In this document: in pieces, positions 38,479 through 47,469 of the stretch | Numbering within the stretch: the first letter of the stretch is position 1 | Layout of the letters: each line of letters opens with the position of its first letter | NCBI GenBank assembly: GCA_050011015.1 | Contig: JBEKJX010000002.1 | Coordinates: 1-54,534 of the forward strand | Direction: 5' to 3' | Length of the DNA stretch: 54,534 nt | From: Smithella sp. | GTDB taxonomy: Bacteria > Desulfobacterota > Syntrophia > Syntrophales > Smithellaceae | Notes under the pieces: generated by a model | Told to the model about the DNA's origin: nothing | What the model saw: the letters and a program-made list of their open reading frames with translations, nothing else | The model's database searches: none | Made by a program: the position numbers and the translations under genes

Positions 38479-39507
38479 ATGGAATTACAAATCATATGGT
38501 TTGTTCTGTGGACAGTGCTCTGGGCCGTATATTTTATGCTTGACGGATTCGTTCTGGGAACGGCGATTATTTCCGGAATCCTCGGCAAAAGCGACATGGA
38601 GAAAAGAATTCTTTTAAATTCGATAGGGCCCGTATGGAACGGAAACGAAGTATGGCTCATCACCGCGGGAGGGGCCACCTTCGCGGCATTTCCCACGACC
38701 TACGCGCTTATGTTCAGCTATCTCTATTCTGCATTACTGCTGCTCCTCTTTGCCTTGATTATCAGGGGTGTGGCGCTTGAGTTCAGAGGAAAGGTTGACA
38801 ACGTATCCTGGAGGTCGTCTTTTGATAAAGCCATTATCCTATCCGGTTTTATACCCGCGCTCTTGTTTGGCGTTGCTTTCGGCAACATATTCAAGGGACT
38901 GCCGATGGATAATGCCGGTTACCACGGTTCTCTCCTGATGCTTCTCAATCCGTACGGTTTGATTACCGGCGTGCTTTTTGTGCTTCTTTTTGCCATGCAT
39001 GGGGCGCTGTATGCCTGTGTGAAGACAGGCGGAGAGTTGAGCAGCCGGGCTAAAAGGCTCGCCGGAAGTCTGTGGATTCCCTTGCTGGTTGTGGCCGTGA
39101 TTTTCCTCGGTGATACAAAATTCGCGACACGCCTCTATGAAAATTACTTCCAATGGCCTGTTCTGCTGCTTATACCGGCCGTCGCCGTGACGGCTCTGAT
39201 CGCCGTAAAATATTTTACGGCCAGAGGCGCGATGTTAAAATCTTTTGCCGCTTCGTGTGTTACCATTCTTTTTGTAATATTCACGGGAGTCGCCGGACTG
39301 TTTCCCAATTTGATACCGTCCAGCATTGACCCGGCGTACAACCTGACGATATACAATTCGTCTTCAAGCCGGTACACACTTGCCATCATGACGTTTGTCG
39401 CGTTGATTTTTGTACCTGTCGTTATTATCTATAAGATCTGGGTGTATCGGATATTCGGCGCCAAAGTGGATGAGAAGGATGTTTTGAACAATTCCGAGGC
39501 ATACTGA
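38479..39507 (+). CDS. cydB: Cytochrome bd oxidase subunit II
   Basis: Motifs LDGF.LG, GP.WNGNEVWL, and its position after cydA. Confidence 0.95.
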   Translation: MELQIIWFVLWTVLWAVYFMLDGFVLGTAIISGILGKSDMEKRILLNSIGPVWNGNEVWLITAGGATFAAFPTTYALMFSYLYSALLLLLFALIIRGVALEFRGKVDNVSWRSSFDKAIILSGFIPALLFGVAFGNIFKGLPMDNAGYHGSLLMLLNPYGLITGVLFVLLFAMHGALYACVKTGGELSSRAKRLAGSLWIPLLVVAVIFLGDTKFATRLYENYFQWPVLLLIPAVAVTALIAVKYFTARGAMLKSFAASCVTILFVIFTGVAGLFPNLIPSSIDPAYNLTIYNSSSSRYTLAIMTFVALIFVPVVIIYKIWVYRIFGAKVDEKDVLNNSEAY

Positions 39508-39517
39508 TACCAAGCCG

Positions 39518-39552
39518 CATTGAATTGAAGCTCTCCGCAGCAAGTTGCGGAG
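39518..39552. repeat. Copy 3 of the dispersed repeat (inverted orientation), forming the hairpin CTCCGCA-GCAAGT-TGCGGAG
   Basis: CATTGAATTGAAGCTCTCCGCAGCAAGTTGCGGAG matches the reverse complement of 21909-21975 with an internal deletion. Confidence 0.55.
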
Positions 39553-39577
39553 ATGCGCTTGCTTTGGAAGGATTGAT

Positions 39578-39967
39578 ATGAGCATAGACTTTTCTCTGGA
39601 TTTTAAGGGCGAGTACATCCACATTATGCATCCGCCGGACTATGAAATCACACCGGAGAGCCAGGGCAAGCTATGGACAGAATTATCCCTGGCCTGTAAA
39701 AAATACAACTGCGTAAAAGTTCTGACTGAGGGGTCCAGCCATAAAAGGGAAATGGGCTCAATGGACGTGTTTTATTCGGGGGTTCAAGTATCTAAAGCAA
39801 TACCGGGTCTGGTGCTGGCGATCTGCATTTATGAATATGTTCCTGACAAAATGACCACGTTTTTCATGAATGTCGCCCATAATAGAGGCGCGTACATCGA
39901 ATATTTTCAAGATAAAAGAAAAGCGCTTGAATGGCTCGGCATTAAAGACGCCGAGCCGCAGCCTTGA
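39578..39967 (+). CDS. Hypothetical soluble protein, 129 aa
   Basis: ATG 39578 with GGAAGG upstream is preferred over TTG 39545. I recognise no family. Confidence 0.5.
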   Translation: MSIDFSLDFKGEYIHIMHPPDYEITPESQGKLWTELSLACKKYNCVKVLTEGSSHKREMGSMDVFYSGVQVSKAIPGLVLAICIYEYVPDKMTTFFMNVAHNRGAYIEYFQDKRKALEWLGIKDAEPQP

Positions 39968-40058
39968 CCAAAACGATTTACGATGGGGGGAATTGACTCC
40001 AGTAACCGGTTAAATTTAAACAGCATATTTCATCATGTTCGCGGCTGAGAAAAAATTG

Positions 40059-40087
40059 TTGGCATATTTAAAAAATTGGATTATAAA
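40059..40087 (+). promoter_or_regulatory. Promoter module F (TTGGCA-17 nt-TATAAA) upstream of ferritin
   Basis: Part of a 42-nt block (40050-40091) that is identical at 37 of 42 positions to 41139-41180. Confidence 0.5.
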
Positions 40088-40184
40088 TCAATCCGACACA
40101 TGTTGATCGTTGCGGCGATACTAAATCAATCGTTTAAATATCATAAAATAATCATTTAGCTTAATCAGGAAGGAGGAGGACAAA

Positions 40185-40721
40185 ATGATCGGAGAAAAAA
40201 TAAGAAATGCGATGAATGATCAGATTAAACATGAACTCGAATCTTTTTATATTTATCTGTCAATGGTTGCCTACTTTCACGAAGAGGGCCTTGATGGCAT
40301 GGCGCACTGGATGCGCTGCCAGGCTCACGAAGAGATGATTCATGCCATGAAATTTTACGACCACATCATTGACCGGGGCGGCACAGTCACGCTCCAGGAT
40401 TTAAAACAGATTAAAACGACATGGAAGAAACCTCTGGAAGCCTGGCAGGATGCCTATGAACATGAAAAATTCATTACCGGCAAGATTAATAATTTAACCA
40501 GAATATCACGTGAAGAGAACGATTATACCTCCGAGCCGCTGCTTTCCTGGTTTCTCAATGAGCAGATCGAAGAAGAAAAAAATACGGACAAAGTTTCCCG
40601 CGATTTGAAAATGGTGGAAACATCGAAAGAGGGTATTTTGATGCTGGACAGGGAATTGGCTACGCGTGTCTTTACAGCGGGATCGCCGCTTGACCCGGCC
40701 GCGTATAATGTAGCCCCCTGA
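40185..40721 (+). CDS. Ferritin (non-haem, Ftn-type)
   Basis: Ferroxidase-centre residues in context (E..FYIYLSM, QAHEEMIHA). SD GGAGGAGG. Confidence 0.9.
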   Translation: MIGEKIRNAMNDQIKHELESFYIYLSMVAYFHEEGLDGMAHWMRCQAHEEMIHAMKFYDHIIDRGGTVTLQDLKQIKTTWKKPLEAWQDAYEHEKFITGKINNLTRISREENDYTSEPLLSWFLNEQIEEEKNTDKVSRDLKMVETSKEGILMLDRELATRVFTAGSPLDPAAYNVAP

Positions 40722-41147
40722 TGCAAGGATGTCCGGAAAAAACATACCGGATATTCCGGCATGAGTCACTGATCATTTAGACATCGTTTGACTATTCGCG
40801 CTTATGGCGGGAATCGGTATGTATTTTCTCTCGCGAAGATTCGGAGCTCCCGCTTTTGCCTTTGCGCTGTTTCCTGTCTCTTGGCCGTTTTCATGATGTT
40901 CTATATCGGACTCAATTTTCGTAAAGATAAAATCAAGTACAGTGCCGTACTCTTTCAAATCTCATTTACATTCGTTTTCCTTCTCACGTGCGCCGCTGGA
41001 AACATTGACGATATATGAACTGAAAGTATAAATGCGCAATTCGCAATTCGCTTCAACACTGTATTAGGTCAAGATACAGTATTCTCGTCAAATTAATTCA
41101 CGTGGCGATTCCGGCCGGAATGACTATTTAGCGCTGTATAAAAATTA

Positions 41148-41176
41148 TTGGCATATTTTAAAAATTAGATTATAAA
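41148..41176 (+). promoter_or_regulatory. Promoter module R (TTGGCA-17 nt-TATAAA), ending 6 nt before the rlpA-like ATG
   Basis: Same module as at 40059-40087. There is no SD between the -10 hexamer and the ATG. Confidence 0.5.
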
Positions 41177-41182
41177 TTAAAC

Positions 41183-41692
41183 ATGAATAAACATAACACC
41201 TCAAAAAGCATAGTCTCTACTTCAATAATATCGAAATGGTTTATCTGCCTGGTGTTCGTATTTTTAACGTATGGATGTGCCGCGATAAACCAGGCAATTG
41301 TTTCTCCGTTTATTAAGGCAGAAAGTGCAGAGCAGATAAAAACATCATCCGGCGAAGATGAATCGGCGGGCACGGTGGGAGTAGCCCGCTACTACAAAAA
41401 ACACTACAATGGCAGAAGAACCAGTTCAGGTGAAATCTATAATCCGCGAAAGCTGACAGCAGCGCATCTCACCCTTCCATTGGGCACACGGGTGAAGGTG
41501 GTGAATCTCGCCAACAACCGGTTTGTTATCGTAACGGTCAATGACCGCTGCCGCGAGCATGAGGACTCCTTCATTGATCTGTCAAGGCAGGCGGCGCGGC
41601 AACTGGGTATTATACGACAGGGGAAGGCAGCAGTCCGTATCATTCCCATGGGGAAAGATAATCCGTCACCGGAAGTCTCGTCTATTAAGTAA
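41183..41692 (+). CDS. rlpA: RlpA-like lipoprotein (DPBB domain)
   Basis: Lipobox LTYGC and a DPBB core: YNGRRTSSGEIYNPRKLTAAH.TLPLGT.VKV.N..N...V.V.VNDR. Confidence 0.85.
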   Translation: MNKHNTSKSIVSTSIISKWFICLVFVFLTYGCAAINQAIVSPFIKAESAEQIKTSSGEDESAGTVGVARYYKKHYNGRRTSSGEIYNPRKLTAAHLTLPLGTRVKVVNLANNRFVIVTVNDRCREHEDSFIDLSRQAARQLGIIRQGKAAVRIIPMGKDNPSPEVSSIK

Positions 41693-41734
41693 CAGGAAAT
41701 ATTTTATTCTGAATACAAAAAAGGAGATATATCG

Positions 41735-42364
41735 ATGAATTTAAACCACCCGGAAGCAACCCGGCAAGCCTTGAACATTTTAAGAAGCGGCGACCCATTC
41801 CAGTGGTATGTTATTACGCTCCTGGTGATCGTCATTTACATCTATGCCAGCGAGTTTGAAAAGGGCAATTATCGCGCTATCGCCGGAGGGCTGGCCCTTT
41901 ACATGGTCCACTGGTTTGTGGAAATCGGCAATGGGCTCATACAGCACTTTTGGGGTCATGCTCTGTGGACAGTGCCTTCGGGAACAGCTTTTGAAATCAT
42001 GGTGGGAGTCGGCATCGAAATTAATTTAATGTTCGCTATAGCCGGAGTAGCGGTTTGCAAGTTAATGCCGAAAGATCCCTCGCAGAAAATTCTGGGCATC
42101 AATAACCGCCTGGCCTTTACGATTTCCAATGCCGCTTTAGCCTCTATTCTGGAAATATTCCTGGTGCATACGCCGACTTTCGTGTGGGTCTATGGATGGT
42201 GGGGCGCTTTCCCTGTTTTTGTGACCGTATACATCCCGTTTTTCGCCGCCGCCTGTTACGTGCATGACTGGCAGCCCCGGGCACAAAAGCTTTTCATCGG
42301 TTCTCTTTTCTCCATTAACGCTGTTGCTTTTATCGTGTTTGCGGGAATCCTCAAGTGGATCTGA
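41735..42364 (+). CDS. Integral membrane protein, unknown function (about 5-6 TM segments)
   Basis: Good SD AAGGAG and a hydrophobic profile. I recognise no family. Confidence 0.6.
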   Translation: MNLNHPEATRQALNILRSGDPFQWYVITLLVIVIYIYASEFEKGNYRAIAGGLALYMVHWFVEIGNGLIQHFWGHALWTVPSGTAFEIMVGVGIEINLMFAIAGVAVCKLMPKDPSQKILGINNRLAFTISNAALASILEIFLVHTPTFVWVYGWWGAFPVFVTVYIPFFAAACYVHDWQPRAQKLFIGSLFSINAVAFIVFAGILKWI

Positions 42365-42543
42365 TCGAAAATTTGACGGGAGCTCTAATCGAAGCCGGCG
42401 AAAAATGTCGGAAAATTTATCAAAATAAACTACAAAGTTTCGACAGTTAATCTGCCCGGAGGAGAACGGATATTTTTAATTATAATCTTTATCTGGAAGA
42501 AGTAGAAGCCGGTAAAAAGGGACTAAATCCTTTCCTGGATTAT

Positions 42544-42894
42544 ATGGGAATAACTTTAGTTGAGTTAAAGGAGGGTTACGCCCGGTTTCGAATGCCTGTG
42601 CGTCCGGAATATTTGCAGGGGGCGAAAACCATGCAGGGCGGACTTATAGTCGCGCTGGCGGACGAAACAATCGCCCACGCGATGATGACTCAATTGGGTC
42701 CCGAGGAAGGTTTAACTACTATAGAATTAAAGAGTAATTTTCTGGCCGGTGTCAGTGAGGGAGAACTTATCTCCACAGCCGCTGTCTTTAAAAAAGGACA
42801 AAGTCTGATGATCGGAGATTGTTTAGTTACTGATAATAAAGGGAAAAATGTCTGCCGTGTTTCCGCGACTTTCTTATTATTGAAAAAAAAGTAA
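42544..42894 (+). CDS. PaaI/hotdog-fold thioesterase. The true start is probably upstream; see the ATT 42472 finding.
   Basis: Motifs ..MQGG.IVALADE. The in-frame upstream codons still look like the family N-terminus. Confidence 0.8.
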   Translation: MGITLVELKEGYARFRMPVRPEYLQGAKTMQGGLIVALADETIAHAMMTQLGPEEGLTTIELKSNFLAGVSEGELISTAAVFKKGQSLMIGDCLVTDNKGKNVCRVSATFLLLKKK

Positions 42895-43007
42895 AAATAA
42901 TTACTTATTTTAGCCGGTATATCCTTATTGACTCTCGATCGTAAATTTGTTAAGTGACTCTATTATTTCCAGCAAATTTGGAATAATTTACAGTCAGGAT
43001 ATTATAA

Positions 43008-43652
43008 GTGATAGATCTGCATACTCATTCCATTTTCAGTGATGGTGAACTGATACCGGCTGAATTGGCTCAGCGAGCCTTTGCCGCCGGTTATAAAGTT
43101 ATAGCCATTACCGATCACGTTGATCATTCCAATATCGATTTTATTATTCCAAGGATTATCAAGGTTTGTTCGAAAATAACGGAAAACGGAAAGATAAAAG
43201 TTCTTCCCGGCGTTGAAATTACGCATGTCGCTCCCGCCCAGATAGCCGATATTGCTGATGAAGCAAGAAAATCGGGCGCAAAGATAATCATTGTGCACGG
43301 GGAGACGATTGTCGAACCTGTTCCCGCCGGAACAAATCTGGCCGCGCTTAAATCATCCATAGATATTTTAGCTCATCCCGGATTGCTGACGGAAGAGGAA
43401 GCTCGTCTGGCAGCGGACAGGGGAATTTATCTGGAAATTACAACGCGGAGGGGTCACAGCTTCAGTAATGGACATGTCGCGCAGATGGCGAAAAAGTTCA
43501 AAGCCAATCTGGTTCTCAATAATGATGCCCATTCTCCGGCTGATTTCGTGGGCGGCGAAAGGGCGAATAAAATCGCCTGCGGCGCCGGACTGACCGATGA
43601 TGAGATATCCGCGATGTTTGAAAATTCGCGAAGGATGGTGCAAAAATTGTAG
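43008..43652 (+). CDS. PHP-family metal-dependent phosphoesterase
   Basis: N-terminus (M)IDLHTHSIFSDG and internal H/D motifs. GTG start. Confidence 0.85.
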   Translation: MIDLHTHSIFSDGELIPAELAQRAFAAGYKVIAITDHVDHSNIDFIIPRIIKVCSKITENGKIKVLPGVEITHVAPAQIADIADEARKSGAKIIIVHGETIVEPVPAGTNLAALKSSIDILAHPGLLTEEEARLAADRGIYLEITTRRGHSFSNGHVAQMAKKFKANLVLNNDAHSPADFVGGERANKIACGAGLTDDEISAMFENSRRMVQKL

Positions 43653-44917
43653 TGATGAAAAGTAAATCCAAATCAAAGCCGTTAAAAATTTGTCTGCTGA
43701 CATACAGGGGCAACCCTACCTGCGGTGGACAGGGCGTCTACATTAAACATTTGAGCAAAGCGCTTAGCGATCTTGGACATCAGGTTGATGTCGTATCGGG
43801 GCCGCCTTATCCGCATCTCGACACGAAAGTGCGTCTGCACAAGCTTCCCAGTCTCGATCTCTATAATGCCGAAAAACCCTTTCACTTAAAAAAGGTAAGC
43901 TCTCTGGCTAATCCTCTGAACATGTATGAGTTTGTAACGATGTGCATGGGCAGATTCCCCGAACCATTTACTTTCGGTGTGCGGGCTTATAACTATCTGC
44001 AAAAGCATAAAATGAGTTTTGACATTGTTCATGATAATCAGTGTCTTGCTTACGGTATCGGAAAAATCGCGCAAAACGTGGTTCCAACGATAGCGACCAT
44101 TCATCATCCTATAACAGTCGATCGAACAGAAGAGTTTAAAGCGGCAACCACCCGCGGAAAAGTAAGAAAAATCAAACGCTGGTATTCTTTTATTAAAATG
44201 CAAAAGGAAGTCGCCAGGCAGTTGTCGCATATTGTAACCGTATCGGAATGCTCCAAAGTAGATATTGCCGAGGAGTTCTCCATAAATTTATCGAAATTTC
44301 GCGTTGTACCCAATGGCGTTAATAATGAAATATTTTATCCCATCCACAATGAATCACGGCCGGAAGATTCCATTATCGTCACCAACAGCGCGGACACACC
44401 TTTAAAAGGCCTGCGTTATCTGCTGGAAGCTGTAGCCCAGGTCAGGAAGAAACAATCCGTAAAATTAACAGTGATCGGTGAGCCCAAAAAGAACGGAATA
44501 ATAAAAAAACTGGTGGAAGATCTGGGAATAGGGGATATTGTCCATTTCACCGGACGCATCGATAATGAGGAATTTGCCGGTTATTATTCCAGAGCCACCA
44601 TAGCCGTTGTTCCGTCTTTATATGAAGGTTTCGGCATGCCCGCGTCCGAAGCGATGGCTTGCGGCGTTCCCGTAATCAGCACCAGCGGCGGAGCACTGCC
44701 GGAAGTTGTCGGCGATACGCAAATCATCGTGCCTCCGGCGGATTCCGGCGCTCTGGCCAGGGAAATAATATTTTTGTTAAATAATCCCGATCAGAGAAAA
44801 AAGATGGCTCAGGCAGGCATTAAGCGGGTTGAATCAATTTTTAATTGGCCAAAAGCCGCGCAAGACATGGTGGAAGTTTACAAAGAGGCGATTGATGGTT
44901 ACCGTAGATTTACATGA
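43652..44917 (+). CDS. Glycosyltransferase family 4 (GT-B)
   Basis: GGQGVY near the N-terminus and the C-terminal EGFGMPASEAMACGVPVI. The start overlaps the PHP stop. Confidence 0.9.
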   Translation: MMKSKSKSKPLKICLLTYRGNPTCGGQGVYIKHLSKALSDLGHQVDVVSGPPYPHLDTKVRLHKLPSLDLYNAEKPFHLKKVSSLANPLNMYEFVTMCMGRFPEPFTFGVRAYNYLQKHKMSFDIVHDNQCLAYGIGKIAQNVVPTIATIHHPITVDRTEEFKAATTRGKVRKIKRWYSFIKMQKEVARQLSHIVTVSECSKVDIAEEFSINLSKFRVVPNGVNNEIFYPIHNESRPEDSIIVTNSADTPLKGLRYLLEAVAQVRKKQSVKLTVIGEPKKNGIIKKLVEDLGIGDIVHFTGRIDNEEFAGYYSRATIAVVPSLYEGFGMPASEAMACGVPVISTSGGALPEVVGDTQIIVPPADSGALAREIIFLLNNPDQRKKMAQAGIKRVESIFNWPKAAQDMVEVYKEAIDGYRRFT

Positions 44918-45596
44918 ATTGAATTTAAAGCCGAATGACGTTGTGCTTGATGCGGGTTGTGGACTGGGCAGACACTTGCGTCATCTGGCCAGAATGCCGG
45001 AACTCAAAATTTTCGGTATAGATAAAAACACCTGGGCGCTTACTGAAACGGCTAAATCAGTGGCCACAATGCCCGACGCGCAGTCGAAAGATTATCTGTT
45101 TTCCATTGCCGATATCACGAAGCTGCCTTTTGCCGATGCTTCGTTTGACTGCGTGATTTGTTCGGAAGTTCTGGAACATATTCCCGATCATGAAAAGGCC
45201 ATGAAAGAGCTGGACCGGATATTGAAGCCGCAGGGCACTCTTGTCGTCAGCGTGCCGCGTTTTTTTACGGAGAGAATTTGCTGGTTTATTTCATGGCAAT
45301 ATCATAATGAAGAAGGCGGTCATATACGCATTTACAAAAAGAAACAACTCCGGGAAATGTTAACGAGGCAGGGGTTTAAGTGCTGGAAAATTAATTACAA
45401 GCATGCGCTTCATTCGCCTTACTGGTGGCTGAAATGCCTGGTTGGCCTGAAAAAAGAAGAGCACCTGCTGGTCAAATATTACAGAAAATTTCTGGAATGG
45501 GATATTATGAAAAAACCGCGTTCTGTGCGGATGGTGGAAGAAATTTTAAATCCGATAATGGGCAAGAGCATTGTCTATTATCTTAAAAAAGGATAA
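44895..45596 (+). CDS. Class I SAM-dependent methyltransferase
   Basis: Motif I VLDAGCGLGRH. ATG 44895 overlaps the GT4 3' end by 23 nt. The TTG 44829 start is rejected. Confidence 0.85.
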   Translation: MVTVDLHELNLKPNDVVLDAGCGLGRHLRHLARMPELKIFGIDKNTWALTETAKSVATMPDAQSKDYLFSIADITKLPFADASFDCVICSEVLEHIPDHEKAMKELDRILKPQGTLVVSVPRFFTERICWFISWQYHNEEGGHIRIYKKKQLREMLTRQGFKCWKINYKHALHSPYWWLKCLVGLKKEEHLLVKYYRKFLEWDIMKKPRSVRMVEEILNPIMGKSIVYYLKKG

Positions 45597-45601
45597 TTTT
45601 A

Positions 45602-46636
45602 ATGGAACTGAAACTTTCCATAAGTGAAGATTCAAATCCGGTTTCCATGGAAAAAATTGCAGCTTTCATTGCTTCGATTCAAAAGGAAAACGGCGAGATT
45701 CCGTGGTCGGCGGGAGGGAAGACCGATCCCTGGGATCATGTTGAGAGCGCGATGGGACTGAGTACGGGCGGTTTTTACGTGGAAGCGGGAAAGGCCTATG
45801 AATGGCTGGCCGGCACCCAGCTTTCCGATGGCAGCTGGTGGTCGGAAACCCGTGACGGCAAGATTGTTAATTCCAGTAAAGAGTCGAATTTCTCTTCCTA
45901 TGTAGCCGTGGGCGCGTTCCATCATTATCTTATTACCAAAGATATGAAATTTTTAAAAGCCATGTGGCCGGTAATCTCCGGCGGCGTTCAGTACGCGGTT
46001 GATTTGCAGGCTCCCGAGGGGGGCATTTACTGGGCCAGAAATAAAAATGGCGCGATCGATAAGATGGCTTTGCTCACCGGTTCAAGTTCTATCTACATGA
46101 GCATTAAATGCGCTCTGGCCATAGCCGGAATACTGGGCAAGAAACGCCCGAGTTGGCGCAAAGCCATGGACGCGCTGGGTGTGGCGATAAAGAGCAGACC
46201 CGATCTTTTTAACATGATCAAATCACGGTATTCGATGGATTGGTATTATCCTGTTTTATGCGGGGCGGTAACCGGCGACGACGCTAAAAAGCGGATAGCC
46301 CATTTATGGGAAAAATTTGTCGTTCCCGAGTGGGGAGTGCGCTGCGTGAGTGACCGGCCATGGGTGACCATGGCGGAAACAGCGGAGTTTATTTTAACTC
46401 TGGCGGCAATCGGAGATGTTCCCCGCGCCAAAACGATATTCAACTGGTTGAATGATAAAAGATTTTCCGACGGGTCTTTCTGGATGGGAGTGACATTTCC
46501 GGATGGAGTTATATGGCCGGAAGAAAAAACAGGCTGGACGGCGGCGGCGGCAATGATGGCCTGGGACGCTTTGAATGAAATAACTCCGGCGGGGAAACTT
46601 TTTAATCATAAGTTCTGGGATTCGTGGCCTAAGTAA
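45602..46636 (+). CDS. Alpha/alpha-toroid protein (prenyltransferase / terpene-cyclase / six-hairpin-glycosidase-like), function unknown
   Basis: Repeated ..DGSWW / DGSFW.. motifs at helix ends. The fold assignment is by eye only. Confidence 0.45.
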   Translation: MELKLSISEDSNPVSMEKIAAFIASIQKENGEIPWSAGGKTDPWDHVESAMGLSTGGFYVEAGKAYEWLAGTQLSDGSWWSETRDGKIVNSSKESNFSSYVAVGAFHHYLITKDMKFLKAMWPVISGGVQYAVDLQAPEGGIYWARNKNGAIDKMALLTGSSSIYMSIKCALAIAGILGKKRPSWRKAMDALGVAIKSRPDLFNMIKSRYSMDWYYPVLCGAVTGDDAKKRIAHLWEKFVVPEWGVRCVSDRPWVTMAETAEFILTLAAIGDVPRAKTIFNWLNDKRFSDGSFWMGVTFPDGVIWPEEKTGWTAAAAMMAWDALNEITPAGKLFNHKFWDSWPK

Positions 46637-46743
46637 AGACGCCTCAAGTTGCGGCGGTTTTACCGGATGGCGTCCATGATCAATTTCTGCGGCAAAAGTT
46701 GACTCGGCTTTAAAAAATCCACTTTAATAAAAAAGGCAGGGCA

Positions 46744-47466
46744 GTGAGAAAGGATTATCGTCCATATTATTTAAAGCGCTTCTATAACAGGTTTCAGAAG
46801 TGGTATGCGCGGTATTTTCTGGCCCCTCAATTTGAATATTACGGCCGCGGACTGGTTTTTATGAAACCATGGCAGGTGGAAGTATTCGGCGGACCGGTTT
46901 TTTTGGGAGATTATTCCACCGTTATCGGCACTCCCGATAGAAAAGTAAGATTTACCGTTTGGCCCGTGTGGATGGGTTCGGGAAGAATTGAAATAGGCCG
47001 GTGCTGTCTGATTTGTCCGGGCACAAGAATAATGTCCGCCACTTCAATCAAGATGGGTGACGGCTGCATGACGGCGCAGAATGTCAGTATCAGCGACGCC
47101 GACTGGCATGATTTGTACGACCGCAGCGCGCCCGTCGGCAGCACAAAGGCTGTTGTGATCGGCAATAATGTGTGGATCGGAGACAGCGCTATTGTCTGCA
47201 AGGGAGTGACTATTGGAGATAACGCCATTATCGGCGCCGGTTCCATCGTTGTGAAGGATATTCCGGCCAACGCGATTGCCGCCGGTAATCCGGCTGCTGT
47301 CGTAAAATATCTTGATCCGGACAAACCGATAAAGACCAGGACGCAGTGGCTTTCTGATCCAGCCAAACTGGCCGCTGATTTTGAAATTATTGACCGCTCT
47401 ATTATGAAGGGCAACACGCTGAGAGGCTGGTTCAGATCAATGCTTTTTCCTCGTCAGGGAGATTAA
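46744..47466 (+). CDS. Left-handed beta-helix (hexapeptide-repeat) acyl/acetyltransferase
   Basis: Hexapeptide run IGNNVWIGDSAIVCKGVTIGDNAIIGAGSIVVKDIP. Confidence 0.85.
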   Translation: MRKDYRPYYLKRFYNRFQKWYARYFLAPQFEYYGRGLVFMKPWQVEVFGGPVFLGDYSTVIGTPDRKVRFTVWPVWMGSGRIEIGRCCLICPGTRIMSATSIKMGDGCMTAQNVSISDADWHDLYDRSAPVGSTKAVVIGNNVWIGDSAIVCKGVTIGDNAIIGAGSIVVKDIPANAIAAGNPAAVVKYLDPDKPIKTRTQWLSDPAKLAADFEIIDRSIMKGNTLRGWFRSMLFPRQGD

Positions 47467-47469
47467 AGA

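Noticed and set aside
40059-40075. TTGGCAT in the two shared promoter modules, read as a sigma54 -24 element.
   Set aside because: No TTGC/GC element sits at the required -12 spacing. The TTGGCA-17-TATAAA geometry fits sigma70 instead.
40140-40170. AT-rich ATAAAATAATCATTTAG in the ferritin leader, considered as a Fur box.
   Set aside because: It matches the 19-bp Fur consensus at only about 10 of 19 positions. The shared ATAATCATT core could arise by chance in AT-rich DNA.
40773-41018. Mutually overlapping 61-aa (-) and 76-aa (+) ORFs between ferritin and rlpA.
   Set aside because: The minus ORF needs a TTG start and neither has an SD. I recognise no motifs, so I treat the region as non-coding.
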